From Tubiluchus corallicola (Eukaryota; Animalia; Priapulida), in NCBI GenBank assembly GCA_030141605.1, contig JAQGDQ010000915.1, positions 1 to 64,000 of the forward strand: a stretch of DNA of 64,000 nt. The letters are read 5' to 3'. Positions 38,510 to 53,085 of the stretch are shown in pieces. Each line of letters starts with the position of its first letter. The first letter of the stretch is position 1. The position numbers were made by a program, and so were the translations under genes. The notes beneath the pieces are model-generated. The model ran no database searches. It saw nothing but the letters and a program-made list of their open reading frames with translations, and had not been told where the DNA came from.

Positions 38510-39895
38510 TGCCCTGTCCTGTTCCACTCTTCTCTGCCCTGTTCTACTCTTCTCCTTCCTGTTCTACTCTTCTCTGGCCTGCCCTGCCCTGCTCTACTCT
38601 TCTCTGCCCTGCTCTTCTCTTCTTTGCCCTGCTCTACTCTTCTCTGCCCTGTCCTGCTCTACTGTTCTCTGTCCTGCTCAACTCTTCTCTGCCCTGTTCT
38701 ACTCTTCTCTTCCCTGTTCTACTCTTCTCTGCCCTGTCCTGCTCTACTGTTCTCTGCCCTGTTCAACTCTTCTCTGCCCTGTTCTACTCTTCTCTGCCCT
38801 GTTCTACTATTCTCTTCTCTGCCCTGCTCTTCTCTTCTTTGCCCTACTCTTCTCTTCTCTGCCCTGCTCTACTCTTCTCTGCCCTGCTCTACTCTTCTCT
38901 TCTCCGTCCTGTTCTCTGCCCTGCTCTTCTCTTCTCCGTCCTGTTCTATTCTTCTCTTCTCAGCCCTGTTCTACTCTTCTCTGCCCTGCTCTACTCTTCT
39001 CTTCTCCGTCCTGTTCTCTGCCCTGCTCTTCTCTTCTCCGTCCTGTTCTATTCTTCTCTTCTCTGCCCTGTTCTACTCTTCTCTGCCCTGCTCTACTCTT
39101 CTCTTCTACTCCTCTTCTCTGCCCTGCTCTACTCTTCTCTTCCTGCTCTACTCTTCTCTTCTCTGTCCTGCTCTACTCTTCTCTGCCCTGCTCTACTCTT
39201 CTCTTCTCTGTCCTGCTCTACTCTTCTCTGCCCTGCTCTACTCTTCTCTGCCCTGCTCTACTCTTCTCTGCCCTGCTCTACTCTTCTCTTCTCCGTCCTG
39301 TTCTCTGCCCTGCTCTTCTCTTCTCTGCCCTGCCCTGCTCTACTCTTCTCTGCCCTGCTCTACTCTTCTCTTCTCTGCCCTGTCCTACTCTTCTCTGTCC
39401 TGCTCTACTCTTCTCTTCCCTGTCCTGCTCTACTCTTCTCTGCCCTGTTCTACTCTTCTTCCCTGTCCTGCTCTACTCTTCTCTGCCCTGTTCTACTCTT
39501 CTCTTCTCTGTCCTGCTCTACTCTTCTCTGCCCTGCTCTACTCTTCTCTGCCCTGTTCTACTCTTCTCTGCCCTGTCCTGCTCTACTCTTCTCTGCCCTG
39601 TCCTGCTCTACTCTTCTCTGCCCTGTTCTACTCTTCTCTTCTCTGTCCTGCTCTGCTGTTCTCTGCCCTGTCCTGTTCTACTCTTCTCTTCTCCGTCCTG
39701 TTCTACTCTTCTCTGCCCTGCTCTACTCTACTCTTCTCTGTCCTGTTCTACTCTTCTCTTCTCTGTCCTGTTCTACTCTGCCCTGTCCTGCTCTACTGTT
39801 CTCTGCCCTGTTCTACTCTTCTCTGCCCTGCTCTAATCTTCTCTGCCCTGTTCTACTCTCTCTGCCCTGCTCTACTATTCTCTGCCCAGTTCTCT
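38510..39895. repeat. Pyrimidine-rich mosaic pentamer satellite
   Basis: In-phase mix of CTCTT, CTCTG, CCCTG, CTCTA, TTCTA and TCCTG; a shorter related tract at 38079-38200. Confidence 0.95.
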
Positions 39896-41703
39896 GTGTC
39901 GTTTCGTCCAACGACCTCGTCGTCATTTTTCTATATGCAAGTCCTATCCTAATTAGAACATATGCAATAGCTTTGATCTCTGTTTCACAGCAGCCCATAC
40001 ATACAGACCCTGAGTAGTCTACCCCGTGTGATGAAGATTAATACACTTATTCTCGTCACGAAAACATAATCAGAAAAATCTAAACCGTTATGGTTTTTGC
40101 TGCAGAAAACCTATATATCTGTCTCTCTTAGATGACGTTTTTGCCTTAATCTGAGACGTGCAATGGACATACATGGGAAAATTGATTCGCTTTAAAACTT
40201 TGAATTAATGGCTTGCTCAAGAAAAATGTCAATTTCTCGAGCAAAATTTGAAAAAGGCTTCCTTAAAAAGGCCTGTAATGAAACCTTCTTTACATTTTTG
40301 TAATTTGATCTTAGCTAAGCTTATGTAAATTCTCATGACTGGTGAATTTGCCTACATACAAGTTATATCAACAAATTAATTCCTTTTTGCCTTTATTACT
40401 TCGTTTATTCATTCATTCGCTCATTTATTATTTCTATCACTCATTCGTTCATTCATTCGTTCGTTCATTCTTTCTCTCACTCACTAATTCGTTCATTCTT
40501 TCTTTCTTTCATTCATTCATTCACACGACTGAAATGTAAAGAACTTCCCACGCCCATCAACGAAGTAAAATTTATTTCCATACAGCATAAGTTTACAAGC
40601 ATAAGGAATACAAGGAGGATATAGACTGGCTCCTACTACATTAGATCTGCGAAAATGAGTCAATGACGCTGAAATGAGTTAACTTATTCTATTCTGAGTT
40701 CGATTCCCAGCAGCAGTTAGCTTTTTTGTCCTTACATACTAATCACATATTCACGCTCAGAACGTATCATCTATAATTATTATCATAAACGTTGTAATAA
40801 TTTAGGGTCCTTACAAAGACGTGCAATTAGGGTCTGTTGTAAGAGGGCGTAGTCGAGTAGTTAGTAAGCTTGTGCAATTTTTATATCATTCCGCGCCAGC
40901 GCTTATACATGCAAGCTATATCAATCACAATTGAAACAAATCAGTGTGCACCCGCCTTAATGCCTACAAATTCGTATTCCCCATACTGTATGAAGTAAGC
41001 TCTAATGTACCGCCGGAAACATCTGATTTGAGGGTACTGGTGAGGAAAATAAGACATTCGGAGAACCTCGACAAGGGCTGATGCAAGATGAGGGGATTGC
41101 TGTAAGAAATCTTTCATCTTCAAAAGGAGGTCCATGCATAGTGACTGCGTCACGTCATGGTTTGTGACACAATATTAAAAATGACTAAAAAACTGGAGAT
41201 CTTTTAGGAACTAATAATAGATCAACTTACACTTTTGATTGCCCTCATTGCCACGTACAATTGTAAGCTGTGGGGCCCTATAATCAATATTCTGGAGCAG
41301 AAAAGTTAATTAGTGAGGACGCCAATTAGGACAGAAGATGATTGGAATAAATTATGGAATTCATCTTGGTACATTTCGTTGGCTAACCTAGACTCGAGAG
41401 TGCAACAGTGGACTATGTGGATACACAATAGCAGAGACCGACTTATGTAAATGGCTGTGGCATGACTGGTACCCTGGTAATTACTAAAGATAAACGTCTG
41501 AGGAGAGGCACTCGCGTTTGGATTTATTTGCCAATTTCACATCCACTCTGAATGGATTAAACTGGCTGAGGTATAGAATAGCAGTTGAAACCCAGATTCA
41601 ATTTCCCACCAGTAACTAATGAATGATTTAACGACTAACTTTTCTTTATCTTCAAGCATACATGTGTCCAAGGCTTTGACAATCCACCGCAATACACCGC
41701 ATC

Positions 41704-41832
41704 CTGTCGCATGGCAACTGTCAAGTGGCAACTGTCGCGTGGCAACTGTTTAGTGGCAACTGTCAAGTGGCAACTGTCAAGTGGTAACTGTTTAGTGTCA
41801 ACTGTCGCGTGGCAACTGTCAAGTGGCAATGT
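41704..41832. repeat. 14-bp tandem repeat GTGGCAACTGTCAA-like, about 9 copies
   Basis: Directly visible; resembles a modular TIR array. Confidence 0.9.
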
Positions 41833-44800
41833 CGTAAATGATTTGTGAAAACAATTATTCGAGATACTGTTACGCAACTACTCAATTCGTGAATGTTTTA
41901 ATTCCATTAACCAAGACGGTGTACTTACAACCATTTGAAAATGATAAATTTTTCAAAATCTAGTTCATTTGCCTTCCGTTTTCTCAAATTGTAGCTGATA
42001 GAACTCATATAATAGTCGGAGTGGTTTTTGTGGATGAAGCTTTGTTAGAAGTGATAAAGTAACTGGTATAATTATGTGACGCAACTATTCATCATGCCAA
42101 ATTTATATAGCTGCCCTCATTTGTTTAATAGTCAATTTGAGATAAAAATAATAAAAGTAAAAAATAAATCAACTTTTGATGTCCGTATCAGTGCATCTAA
42201 CTCCTTATCGTACAACACAGTGGCGTGCCGTCTCCACTGATCAATAATGCGCTGTCAATCTACACATTTCTTTCTTACGATGTAACAGTAACACGTTACA
42301 TCCTAATCAGCTGGTTAATTAATGCTACTTTTCTCACTTCGTCACTGACAGTGAGTATCTTCCAGGAAACGGGGTGCCAAAGATCAGGAAACGAGGCAGG
42401 AGAAAGGCTCGTTGTCTCTCTGCGGTCAGCACAAAGTGACGATCGATTCTTAGGGATACTAATTAATGTAAAAGGCATTTGAGGAGGATGAATATTGTGC
42501 AACGTTGTGCCTAACTAAAGTCTGCGGATTAAATGCTTAATTAAGAATTTGTTTGTGTACGAAGCCCGCCTGATTTATATATAATACTAAGTGGCTTCCA
42601 GAGCATCTTACTTGCATCTCGCGAGAAGCCAAGTATATGTGCGAGTGAGGCGGTGAGGGTGAGTAGGTGAGTTGCAACAAACACTAATTGAACTAAACTG
42701 TCTTTAATAATAAATCTAAAGATAATAGTAAAGCACTGACGAGTACACGTACATTGTTGTACACAGTCGACACAGTATAGGACCACGGGTAACCAAAATT
42801 ACAAAATTCACGTTCTACCGAATACGAGCTCTGCGCCAAAAAATAAAAATGACACATCAGACGCGCAGATTGACCCATATTTAGAGTCCCATCTGGCAGC
42901 AAGACAAGACTCGGGGGGATAGGAAAGGTTAATAGGACAATTTAGCAGCTTTCAGTTAAGTATCTACACCTCCGCGCCGCTTGTCCACCTGTACTGACAT
43001 CAAAATTAGAAGATCTTGCTGACCTGCTACCTGACAGCATTTGTTCCTTCAAAAGATGACATTCCCAACAGCTGCAAAAGAGGACTATGTAAGAAAACGT
43101 GGATGGAGCTTTGCTATAGCTTCCTTTTTGCAACGATGCGTAGATTAAGGAAATCATGTGCACGTATAGCGTTAGTATAAGTTAAGAATTTCATATCGGG
43201 TTAGCGTCGATAAGGTTACCAATGCGTATGAATAGATTGATAAACAACGAGCTGATGGCTTAAAATGCGACACGTGTTCACATGTTATTTGAACAAAACG
43301 AGTCATGTGATTGATTCAAACGAGTTTGCGACTGAAAGCATGCAAATCTATCTTGAGTAACCAACAAACAGATGAAGCTGATCTTCTAAATACAGCATAA
43401 TGAGCAGCTAACCTAGAGTAAATAAAATATATGATCTAAAAAGACAAAATTTTACGTCTTTTAGTCAATGCTTAAAGTTCATTCTTTCCTTCTACGAGAT
43501 AAACAAAAACTTAAAAATCAAATGCTTTCCAGATATTTAATGCATCAAACGTTGCACGTACAGTCGTGACATTGCAGGTGCTTGTGAACAGTCATCTAAC
43601 GGAACAAATGTGAACGGAGCTTAATATAGTTGCCCAATACATAGCCGTCAGCTTTCAGCTTCATACACGACGTTCCCAAACGCACATAACCGTTACTTAG
43701 ACGGATCTCAATGAACTTAATATTCTCATTTTGCTACAGAAATAAATTACAGAAGGTTTTTATGAGTGGAAGATGAGAAAATAATCAACTGCGCACGTCG
43801 TCTTACTCAATAAATTTCGAAATCCTGGTGGTAGGCAAGTCAAAAAAAAACCTCCTTCAACAGTTTGATGGGCTTGGCCAACAGGTGGGTCTCTCACAAG
43901 CAGGTGTTTGTGAGGAAGCCAACTTCGCTCTACTCATTCCATTACCAAAATAGCAACCCCTTGATGTATGGCTTCAAAAAGCGACAGCTACGCAGTTTTT
44001 CTGTCCCGGACAAATTGTGCGCAACGTCCGTTAATTTGTTGTTTTGCTATCTTACCAGAGTTCCAAGTGCGCATATTGCGTGTTGCGTATTATGCGATTC
44101 GTACTGCGTTGTGCGTAACGTGCCGACCGTTTCCACGCATCAGTCTTATCCTACGCAAGTTAACAAGTCAAATAAAACAGCAATGGGATTAAAAAGCAAG
44201 TTTTAATTTCCGGCGACACAAAATCATGAAATGCCATACACGATGAATAGCTGAGTGTGTACTAAGCGACCAAAGTTAAGCAATGCTGACCCCGTTTAGT
44301 AAATGGGTGGCAACCAGTAAACATTTTGCTAGACACTTTTGCTTTTCACCACTAATTAATAAATAAGAATCCTAATGGCCAATAAAGGTAGCACCTCGTT
44401 TTACAGAATTGCCCTTGCTGCTTAGTTAGATTCCGATGTTGCTGTGACGGTGCACTTATATTTCTTGATTATTTTTGTCAGGATTGCGAACCTATTTATT
44501 TAACTAGGCTCGAAAGCGCACCTCACAAATGAAATTGATTTTTATTAACCATCGAATTAAAGATGTGTTGAGCCGAAACACGGATTTTCCTAAAACACGT
44601 GTTATGGGTTCTGTGTTATTTCCCTAACGTGTAACATCGTTACTGTGCTGATGTAATATTTAGGAAAAATTACTGATCGACAATCTCAATTATTCTAAAT
44701 AAGCTGGGCATTAAATTCAATTGCTTTATTTAATTAAAGAGATATATAACGCGTGAAAAACTGTGCACAGATCATTAAAACAAAACTGTACAAGTGTATA

Positions 44801-46532
44801 CGAGGCTACAAGCATACTGGTACCGGGTTTACCACGTCAGAGCTCCAGTCCTGGCGTTAACTGCGTCACCATTGCATTTCCATTCCATGACGATGGTTTC
44901 ATCACTACCATATTGTAAACGCAACTACATCCTTCCATTCCATTCCACGTGTTATCGATCCATACCATACCATCCGTCGTTCGATTCCGCCATGTTCCGA
45001 CAGCTGCTGGCAGCTCACCTCTCGGATCGCCCCCTCTTCGCCTCACCTCTGACACGGTAGCTTCCTCGTGATACGACAGTCTAGCTTGTTTGACTCCGTC
45101 CGCCAACTTGCTGGGAGTCTCGCCAATACAAGTCTAGAATAAGTTCCGTATTCCATTGACCATATTAACAAGCCGTTTCTACTCCGCTTATAACATCAGA
45201 GGAAGATCGCAATGAATCTCGTTAGAAATGTTCAAACTGAGCAGTGTGGACAGACTTTAGACGTGCCTGCCACACGTTACGATACGCTCAAAAACCAAGT
45301 ATCAACTCTCTAGCTAGATCGAGAAATTCACTTCTCCATGACCTGTAGGAAGCACCCATGTTTATGCATTTTTAAAATAACCAATGAGAGGCAAGTATGC
45401 GTTAAACATAACTAGGTTACCTGTACCGATTTCACAACTGTACATATGCAAAACTAAACTGCTTCATCTCTTAAAGAAGCATTTTAAGTGCAAATAATCA
45501 AATAATGGGCCACATGTAGAAATTAATCTAATTGCTAAGAATAGAAATTGTTAGGTAAAGCAGTGTTTATTTGGCTTGCGCAGGCATTTAAAATAAAAGA
45601 TCAAGCTTGGACAGTAGTACGTCTGATAGGGCACGAAGATAGGGCGCTATCACAACTGCTAACATGATGTAGGTCTTTCCCCGTTAGATACTGGATCTTA
45701 ACAAAAACAACTTCAGTTTTTACTCAAAACGAATGTGTTATATTTTCTGAATACTGCGAATATTTTCACATATGTTTCTAACTATTTTTCTTTCACTCAG
45801 CGCTAATATAATTAGCTATTACTCACACTCAATATGGTTACTCAAAACACTAGTTACTTAAACTAGGTCTTTACGTACTCGTGGAAACACATTTTACAGC
45901 AACCATAATACACTGTGATTACTTTGCTCATCCAATTCATCACCTCGTAATCATGCAACTTCAAACTCATCTTCCTTAAACTTACTCGATCGACGATCAC
46001 TAATCAAATCGTTTATTTGCAGTTAACAAAATCGATGCTGATCTACGCAAAACGATTTTCCATTCGTCGTAAGTGGTTCTTCACAAAAATTGAGTGCAAA
46101 AGTTCATTGAGATTCGTCCAATTGTCATCAGTGGCCATTGCAGCATTCACTGATTCATAACAGTGATTCGGCTTTTGCCATAGTGTATCATTCCGCCAGC
46201 ATAGAGAAAAGTTGATTATCAGGTTCATTGATTTAGCATCAATTGTATTAATGAACGACCACTATAATTAATATTCGTAAACGTCACTGGTCGCCATATT
46301 GTTTTCATTATCTGAATTATTCATCATACTTTGTTGCTGGGATTTCCTGCAAATCAATGCAGATGAAAATCAACAATTATTCTAGGCAAGGTCAAATGTA
46401 GCATTAATTCAGATAAAAACCAACTAGACCTCTTTGTACTGCACAATAATATTTTCCAGTAATTTTAAGCAACATTTATTTACTCTTTAACTCACGCAAA
46501 TCTCAAAAACAGGTTTCCTTTATTTTCATTAA

Positions 46533-46672
46533 AGGAAGACCGGACGATTGTTTAGACTCAATCTCATTTTAATTTACTGTCCAAAATGTACATTTTCTTG
46601 CCTATAAAAGTTAACAATAATTCCTTATATTTGAATAATTAGCTTAGAAAGTCAATTAACGGCAACCGAACA
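46533..46672. repeat. Dispersed Kolobok-like terminus with near-identical inverted copy at about 54420-54555
   Basis: TTAA-AGGAAGACCGGACGATTGTTTAGACTCAATCTC... is reverse-complemented at 54.4-54.5 kb. Confidence 0.75.
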
Positions 46673-47199
46673 CAGCTATTGTTTACGTCAGAAACTAACC
46701 ACAGTTTGTGCAATGGCAGGCGTCTTCCATTGCGCGTCAAGCACATTTGCATAAGTGTTACAGTACTGCTTAAACGCATGATGTCACGAAAATGGGGTCT
46801 ACGTCATATGACGTCAGAAACTAACACAGAAGTTTATGATCATAGTTATCACGGTACCGCTTTCTATTGATCGGCCACGCGCATGTGACAAAAAGGCGAG
46901 GCTGTCAATCTTAGTAGATTCACTGAGCCGCGCGTAGCTTTGAAAGTTTAACGAAACTTGAGTATCTGAGGTAATTATTATTTAATCTAAGTTTTGATTT
47001 AAAAAAAGCTATTGTAGTTTTCAATATTTTAGAGCATTCTTTATTCTGAACTCGTGTTTACACAGTCATCGGGTTTTAAAGGTTTTGAACAATTTATAAT
47101 GTGTGCGTGTATGAGTATGCGCGCGTGCATGCGTGCGTACGTGCGTGCGTGTACGCTGCTGTAACATCTACGTCTAACAGTTGGACAGTTCTAGGTATG

Positions 47200-47560
47200 A
47201 TCCATTTTTTCCTGTAAGAAACCCGGATGTTAGTACATCTTACAGATATTGTCAATAGCAATATACGCTATTTCTGCGTAGTAAAAGATATTCCCACTGT
47301 AATCGTCGTTTTACCTTTACCCAGAGACCCATAAACAGTCGTGCTCTGACTTATCTAGTTGCCTATAAGCGGATATAAACAACATCTTTCGTAAATCCGC
47401 ATGAATCGACACGGTGATATGCAACATAATGGCTTCTCTAGCTTAGCGGTGATTATTGCTAAATCAATGCACTGATTCATAAAAGCGATTGATTATCATC
47501 ATGCTTTACACAGTGGCTTAACATGAAGATCGTTTTCGGGATAAACAGGTAGCTGCAGCC
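47200..47560 (-). mobile_element. Heavily decayed LINE endonuclease-like fragment
   Basis: Minus-strand peptides DLAIIT, YVAYHRVD...VVYIR and SEHDCLWV in the order expected for an APE domain. Confidence 0.4.
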
Positions 47561-47863
47561 ATGGGCCATATTTATACAGGAGAGTAAGGAAGTAATGAGA
47601 AAATAACAGAATGTAAGTGTTGGAAAACCTGCAGAAATACTATAGTACAATTGGAATTATACAAATGTATATTTTTACGTCATTATGATGTCATAATACA
47701 ATTTGATCAATTTGATCAGCACATTTCAACATATCAGCGTATTTTTACAGTGCCGTTTCTTTTCGAACACTCAGTACAAATGTAGCTTGCAAGATGTACT
47801 ATTTAAAGCCTGTAAACAATATTTTTGTGTAATAAGGTAGTAGATTTGACTGCCACTGCATAT

Positions 47864-47989
<126 letters not shown>

Positions 47990-48703
47990 ATTATATATAT
48001 ATATAATAAATTCAATTCAATTTTATCGATTTTATTGGCATAAAGATTATCATATGTATGATAATGAACGTAGAGTAATTGTGCTCGACTGCATCATACG
48101 GCAGTCAGATTTTATACTATGAGCAATATTTTTGACTTAAAGACTTAAAGCTTTTCTTTTCGTTTGCACATTCGAAAAAAGTTTTCCTGGGTGTCTAAAA
48201 ATTGTAAGGAACACTTTTTCTAAGAGTTAAAGTTCTGGAAGGCATTTCTACTTAGTTTTCAGTTTTCTTTTCATTTTCAACCTCACATTAAGTCAGACAG
48301 TATATCCGGTTTAGTCAGGCTCAAACCAAAGTGCAGGGGGGGGGGCATATTCTGTCATGCTTCTTCACTGCTCAGCTTTTATCTTTGTCTATCAGACGAT
48401 CACACCTAAGAATCCACTGTGTTCTTACAAGTTTATCTGTTCGAACATGTAAAAATGATCCTATATGTCAGAAGTATTGTTTGAACGACACATCGACCAC
48501 AAAGCAAGATGGCAGTAATGATCAGAAAATTAACCTCGGTGCATATAATAAAGCAGCTCAGCATGAAATGGCAATGACGTCACTGTTGTGTTTTTCCCGT
48601 TAATTAATGTACCTTGTTCACGGTGGGTACATCACAATTACAAGACGGGGAATTATAAACACGAACTACATCATCCTCCTTCACGTTATAGCCACCGAAC
48701 TAC

Positions 48704-49407
48704 CAGGGGCGGAACTAGGGGGGAGCGAGGGGGCGCCCCCCCCCTGCAAAATGGGACAAATAATTTATTTTTGCAGTGAAAAATGCAGTTCGCATGTAAT
48801 CATTTTCAATATGAATTAGAATTAGGTAAAAAAATGTTTGGTAGCTTCAGTGTGCGTGCAGACAAAACTCAGTGTGCATAGAGGTGCCTATCACAGTGTA
48901 GGCCTACAGGGACCACACACAGTCACAGGTCTGTGTGCACAGCAATAGGATGCTGGTGTAGCAGCGGTACTATGCTGAAATTTGAGAGTGCCCCCGTGCG
49001 TATAGGTACCATGGTGTAGCAGCGTTACGGCACTGAACTTGGAATAGGCCTAAACCTTTTGTACGGTACAGCACGCAAAAAACAAATTTGCTAAGTACAC
49101 TATAGTAATAATTTCATTTCATTGCTTCATATAATTTATTGTAGTTCTGTAATTGTGTCATTTGGGCTACTTGGCAAAATGTACATCAACGTGCCTTTAT
49201 AGAACGTGGACTTTACATAGTGTCGAATATCATGTGATATTGAATGGTTTGTGATAGAACAAAAATAAATCAAAATTGTTTCAAAAATCCGCGCGTGCAT
49301 GCAGTAAATTGGCTTAACCATTATTTAACCACTTCGGATACCTCGCCCTCCCAGAAAATTTTTGCGCCCCCCCCCACCCCTGCTTGCCACATCTAGTTCC
49401 GCCGTTG
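48704..49407. mobile_element. hAT-type MITE
   Basis: TIR CAGGGGCGGAACTAG / CTAGTTCCGCCGTTG with perfect 8-bp TSD CGAACTAC (48696-703, 49408-415). Confidence 0.92.
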
Positions 49408-52400
49408 CGAACTACTTTTATTATCTGCTCACAAAAATTATGGCGCTTAGTTATGAGCACTGAAAATAGTTCACGCTAAAACTCTTGCACGCTACACCTC
49501 GTTACTAATATTTTTTCTTATACAAAAAATATAGTACACGAAAGTAAGCGGTGGACAAATTTATAACTTAAGCTTAATATTAAAAATGCTGTTTAATGTA
49601 ACTGGCTATGGCAGAACCGGAACACATTTGATTATCAATAATAAGCTCTTAAGATGACAGACTGAACCAACAGAGGTGTCGGCCACCTCCTCGACGAAGT
49701 AAGCAGCCACAAACAGTGTTGTGAATGAAACCGTCAGAGTGAGCACTGGATCTGGTGGTCATCCCTCCATTCACTAATCAGGTCAGGTGGTTGCTCACGT
49801 GCGCTTGTTAAATGTGCACGTTCAACGCTCGGTTATTTACTGCGACTGAAAGACGCGGGTGAGAAATGATTATTGAAAAAACGTTCCATTTCCTACGCAT
49901 TTGTGTCTACTGCAAGCAGTGATTAAAGGACAACAGAACACTTTTCTTATGTAAACCTAAAAAACATCTTGAAATTTGTATTACCTATTACCTTGCGGTC
50001 TTACAGCTTGTATTAGCAGTATAAAACTAGTAAATTTAAACTCCCACGGTGACCGCCTTTAGTCGGAGCCATTTTAACGGTAGGACGTTTGAAACAAGTT
50101 TAGATAACATTACACATTGTATGAAAAATTTAATCACAGTACTCGTAGCACAGTCAAAAACAACTAAGCAAAAATATAAATCACTTTATCTTGTCAATAA
50201 AATTACTAATATGTTTTTTGGTGAACCAGTGATGTTTTCCGTTACACACTGGGATAGTGAAACAGTGACATTTTACCAGTTGGCACGAATATTTTAAAAT
50301 ATTAAGAATTTTCTTAATCAGTTACATATACATTTCAAAGAGGTTGTCGTATTGTGCAGAATCTTTCTTTAGACATACTTCAAAATTCCCTATTCTTCCC
50401 CCGAAACTGACACAATCAGGTAATCTAGGAAAACTTATTTTAAAAAAACAGCTTGAGTACTGCGAGTTTTTAATATTGCGTAGAATGCTACCTACGCATA
50501 GAATAAATTCTCCATTATGGAATTATCCCGCAAGTCAATCGTGTTTTTCCGTGCTGTGCAGCTCAGATCTACAGATGAAGAAGATATTGTCAGTTTTGCA
50601 TCTAATATTCACTGATGTGCAATGCAAGTCAGATGATAAGAGACTGAATTAATCAGTGATACAACAACACATGATGGTCAACAGAGATTTCTGGATGCTC
50701 TAATATAGAAATCATGTATTTTTATCTGACGAACTTTCCTAAATTATGCCTTGAAGAGATCTTAAAACCTTCATAGAAAAAATTAAAAGGGATAAAACCG
50801 ACAAATCCATTAGAAAGGGCATTTAATTTTGAAGAATTATTTTATGATGCATTTCTTCTAGCACTTGGTTGATAATTGTAGGAATAAAAGCGACAAAAAC
50901 GGAAAAGCAAATTAAATAAGAAATTATATAATCACTAAAAGATTTAAAAAATTCGACATTCCTACCGCTTTGTCATTTCTTAAACCACCATGGTTGACAA
51001 GGAAATTAATTTCCACAAACTTTTAACTGGCTTCTCAGCACGATGATGTGAAGCGTGAAATTTGCCTGTCAGCAAGAAACGACTGGGCTTCACATTGTCA
51101 TTGTAATTTAGGGAGGATTATCATTGTCACTGTCCTGAACTCGTACTCCACTGACCGAACCCCTTTGTTCCAGTCTCTTTTTCTCAAGCGTCTCGTTCTA
51201 GTTAAAAGTATAGTTTCTAAAGGCACATCTCTAATGGTTACCTAATTAATTACTGCTTAAAGTAACATCTGTGGTTATTGACGCACCGTTTGCTAGGCTC
51301 TCAGTGAAGCCTATACGACTGTTAACTTTTTACAGTGACTTTTGCTTCACTAACATGGCTAATCAAAATGATAATATTAACTCGACTTCTAACTTTATTT
51401 ACCCCCATATTCATTAAAAGCAAAGTTATGTATATTCTGTTGTTGATTAAAATTTAAGTGTATTACTGTAGTACTTGAACGTTTTTGTAATACTTAGGTT
51501 GTGTAGTATCTGTAATGTTTTATATATGTGGTGTTTATTTGAAACCATATGTGTATATACACGATATATGGTCTATTCCTTCCCAAGTAAACACAAATTA
51601 TTGTAATGTTCGAATGTTTAATTGTACCGTGAAATGGTTTTGTGTTTATATCAAGACACGTGTGTATATTACCTGTATGATACGTATTATTTTATATGAG
51701 ACTGTAATTGTAAAAGTAGGCTTTAGTTCTTTTTAGATAGGAGCAATATGCTGGAGCTAATATAATTTTTTATTTTATTACTTGTGTTCTAATGCATCCC
51801 TACTGCACTCGTAGTTTTAATTTTTTGCACCAGACGCACTTACTTATTAGCAGTGTAGTCCAGGCAATCATTGAATGATATTGTATAACTCATGCTATCA
51901 TTATTTTATGGCAAATAAAGATATGTGTGTGTGTGTGTGTGTGTGTGCGTGCGTGTGCGTGCGTGCGTGCGTGTGTATACACAATGTGTTCTTCCTGTAA
52001 TTTTGGGGGGTTTGGGGTCGGAGATGTTTGGGTGAGCCGTAACTAAGCCACCTGACAGTACAGTTGTATTAGAAATGTCAGTTCACGTCAGGATTAGTCG
52101 CGATGTGAACTAGCCTTTACACAGTCGCCCTCCTGGAACTAATTAATTGCAACAGGCTGATTAGTTCGCATTTAGATCAAACTAGTTAAAAAAATTTTGA
52201 AGGCAGCTGGGCAAGGAAGATGTTAGTGTTGCTGTTACGGAGTTTTTGCTACAATCCCGGAAGCTGAATACAGGAAGTAACCCAATTAACTTCTAACACT
52301 CGATTGGTTCAAATCTGATGTTGCTATGCTCATTAGACGTCTTAATTAATTACCCATCTTGCTACGTAGCTTGTTAATCAATTTAGCATTTCCTCAGTTC

Positions 52401-52784
52401 TGCTGTGTTCGATAGAACACCCCGCAAGCTAATTTCCGACGCCAATTTGGTTGAGTTCCAGCAAGATAATTTATGTTGGTTCAAGAGCACTTTGAAAACC
52501 ATGTTCAACTTTTTCCTCTCTGCAGAAAATACGCACTTTCTATGAAAAGTGTGGGCATAAAAAGGAGCCGGTTTTTCTCACCCCATTGCATCTGCGTTTC
52601 ATCAACTACAGTTTTTTTTCCTAGGCGGTGCGTCGATGTTTTTCGAATTTTCACAAACCAATTACTTATCTAAGAAAACAATTTTATTGTAGTGGTTAAA
52701 ATGGGCCTGCCGAAAATGTTTTGCATTTTTTTCCAAAGCTAACTTCTAGAAATATAGCCATATCTCTAACATTTTTACAAATGA

Positions 52785-53085
52785 ATAGCTGAGTGGTTAC
52801 GTGTGTATGTTTAACGAGGAAGTTAAGCAGCATTGGGCCTGGTAGGTGAATGAATGGATGACCACCGGGTTGCTTCATTCAGAGAGGTTTCATTTCCCAT
52901 ACTGTCACCGACTATTTGCACATTAATGGGGATGTATTCATATGTAAAGATGGGTGAGATACCTCCGTCGGTTCAGTGCTTCACCTTAGAGAATAGGTTC
53001 TGGTTGTCACAACCACCTGCCACTGATCGATGAACCGAAACTTACAGAATGTGCAATTAAGAGGTTCATGAAAGCTAAAATAACT
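52785..53085 (+). mobile_element. Old tRNA/5S-hybrid SINE family copy
   Basis: TAGCTGAGTGGTTA (tRNA A-box-like), then AGTTAAGC and GGATGACCACC (5S box A/C-like), then ACCTCCGTCGGTTCAGTG domain. Related copies near 3625-3705, 9175-9410, 22150-22200 (-), 44246-44320, 49590-49810 (-), 63510-63760. Confidence 0.55.

Noticed and set aside
38413-40017. 534-aa and 442-aa Leu/Ser/Cys-rich ORFs
   Set aside because: Stop-free only because the pentamer satellite strand is pyrimidine-rich.
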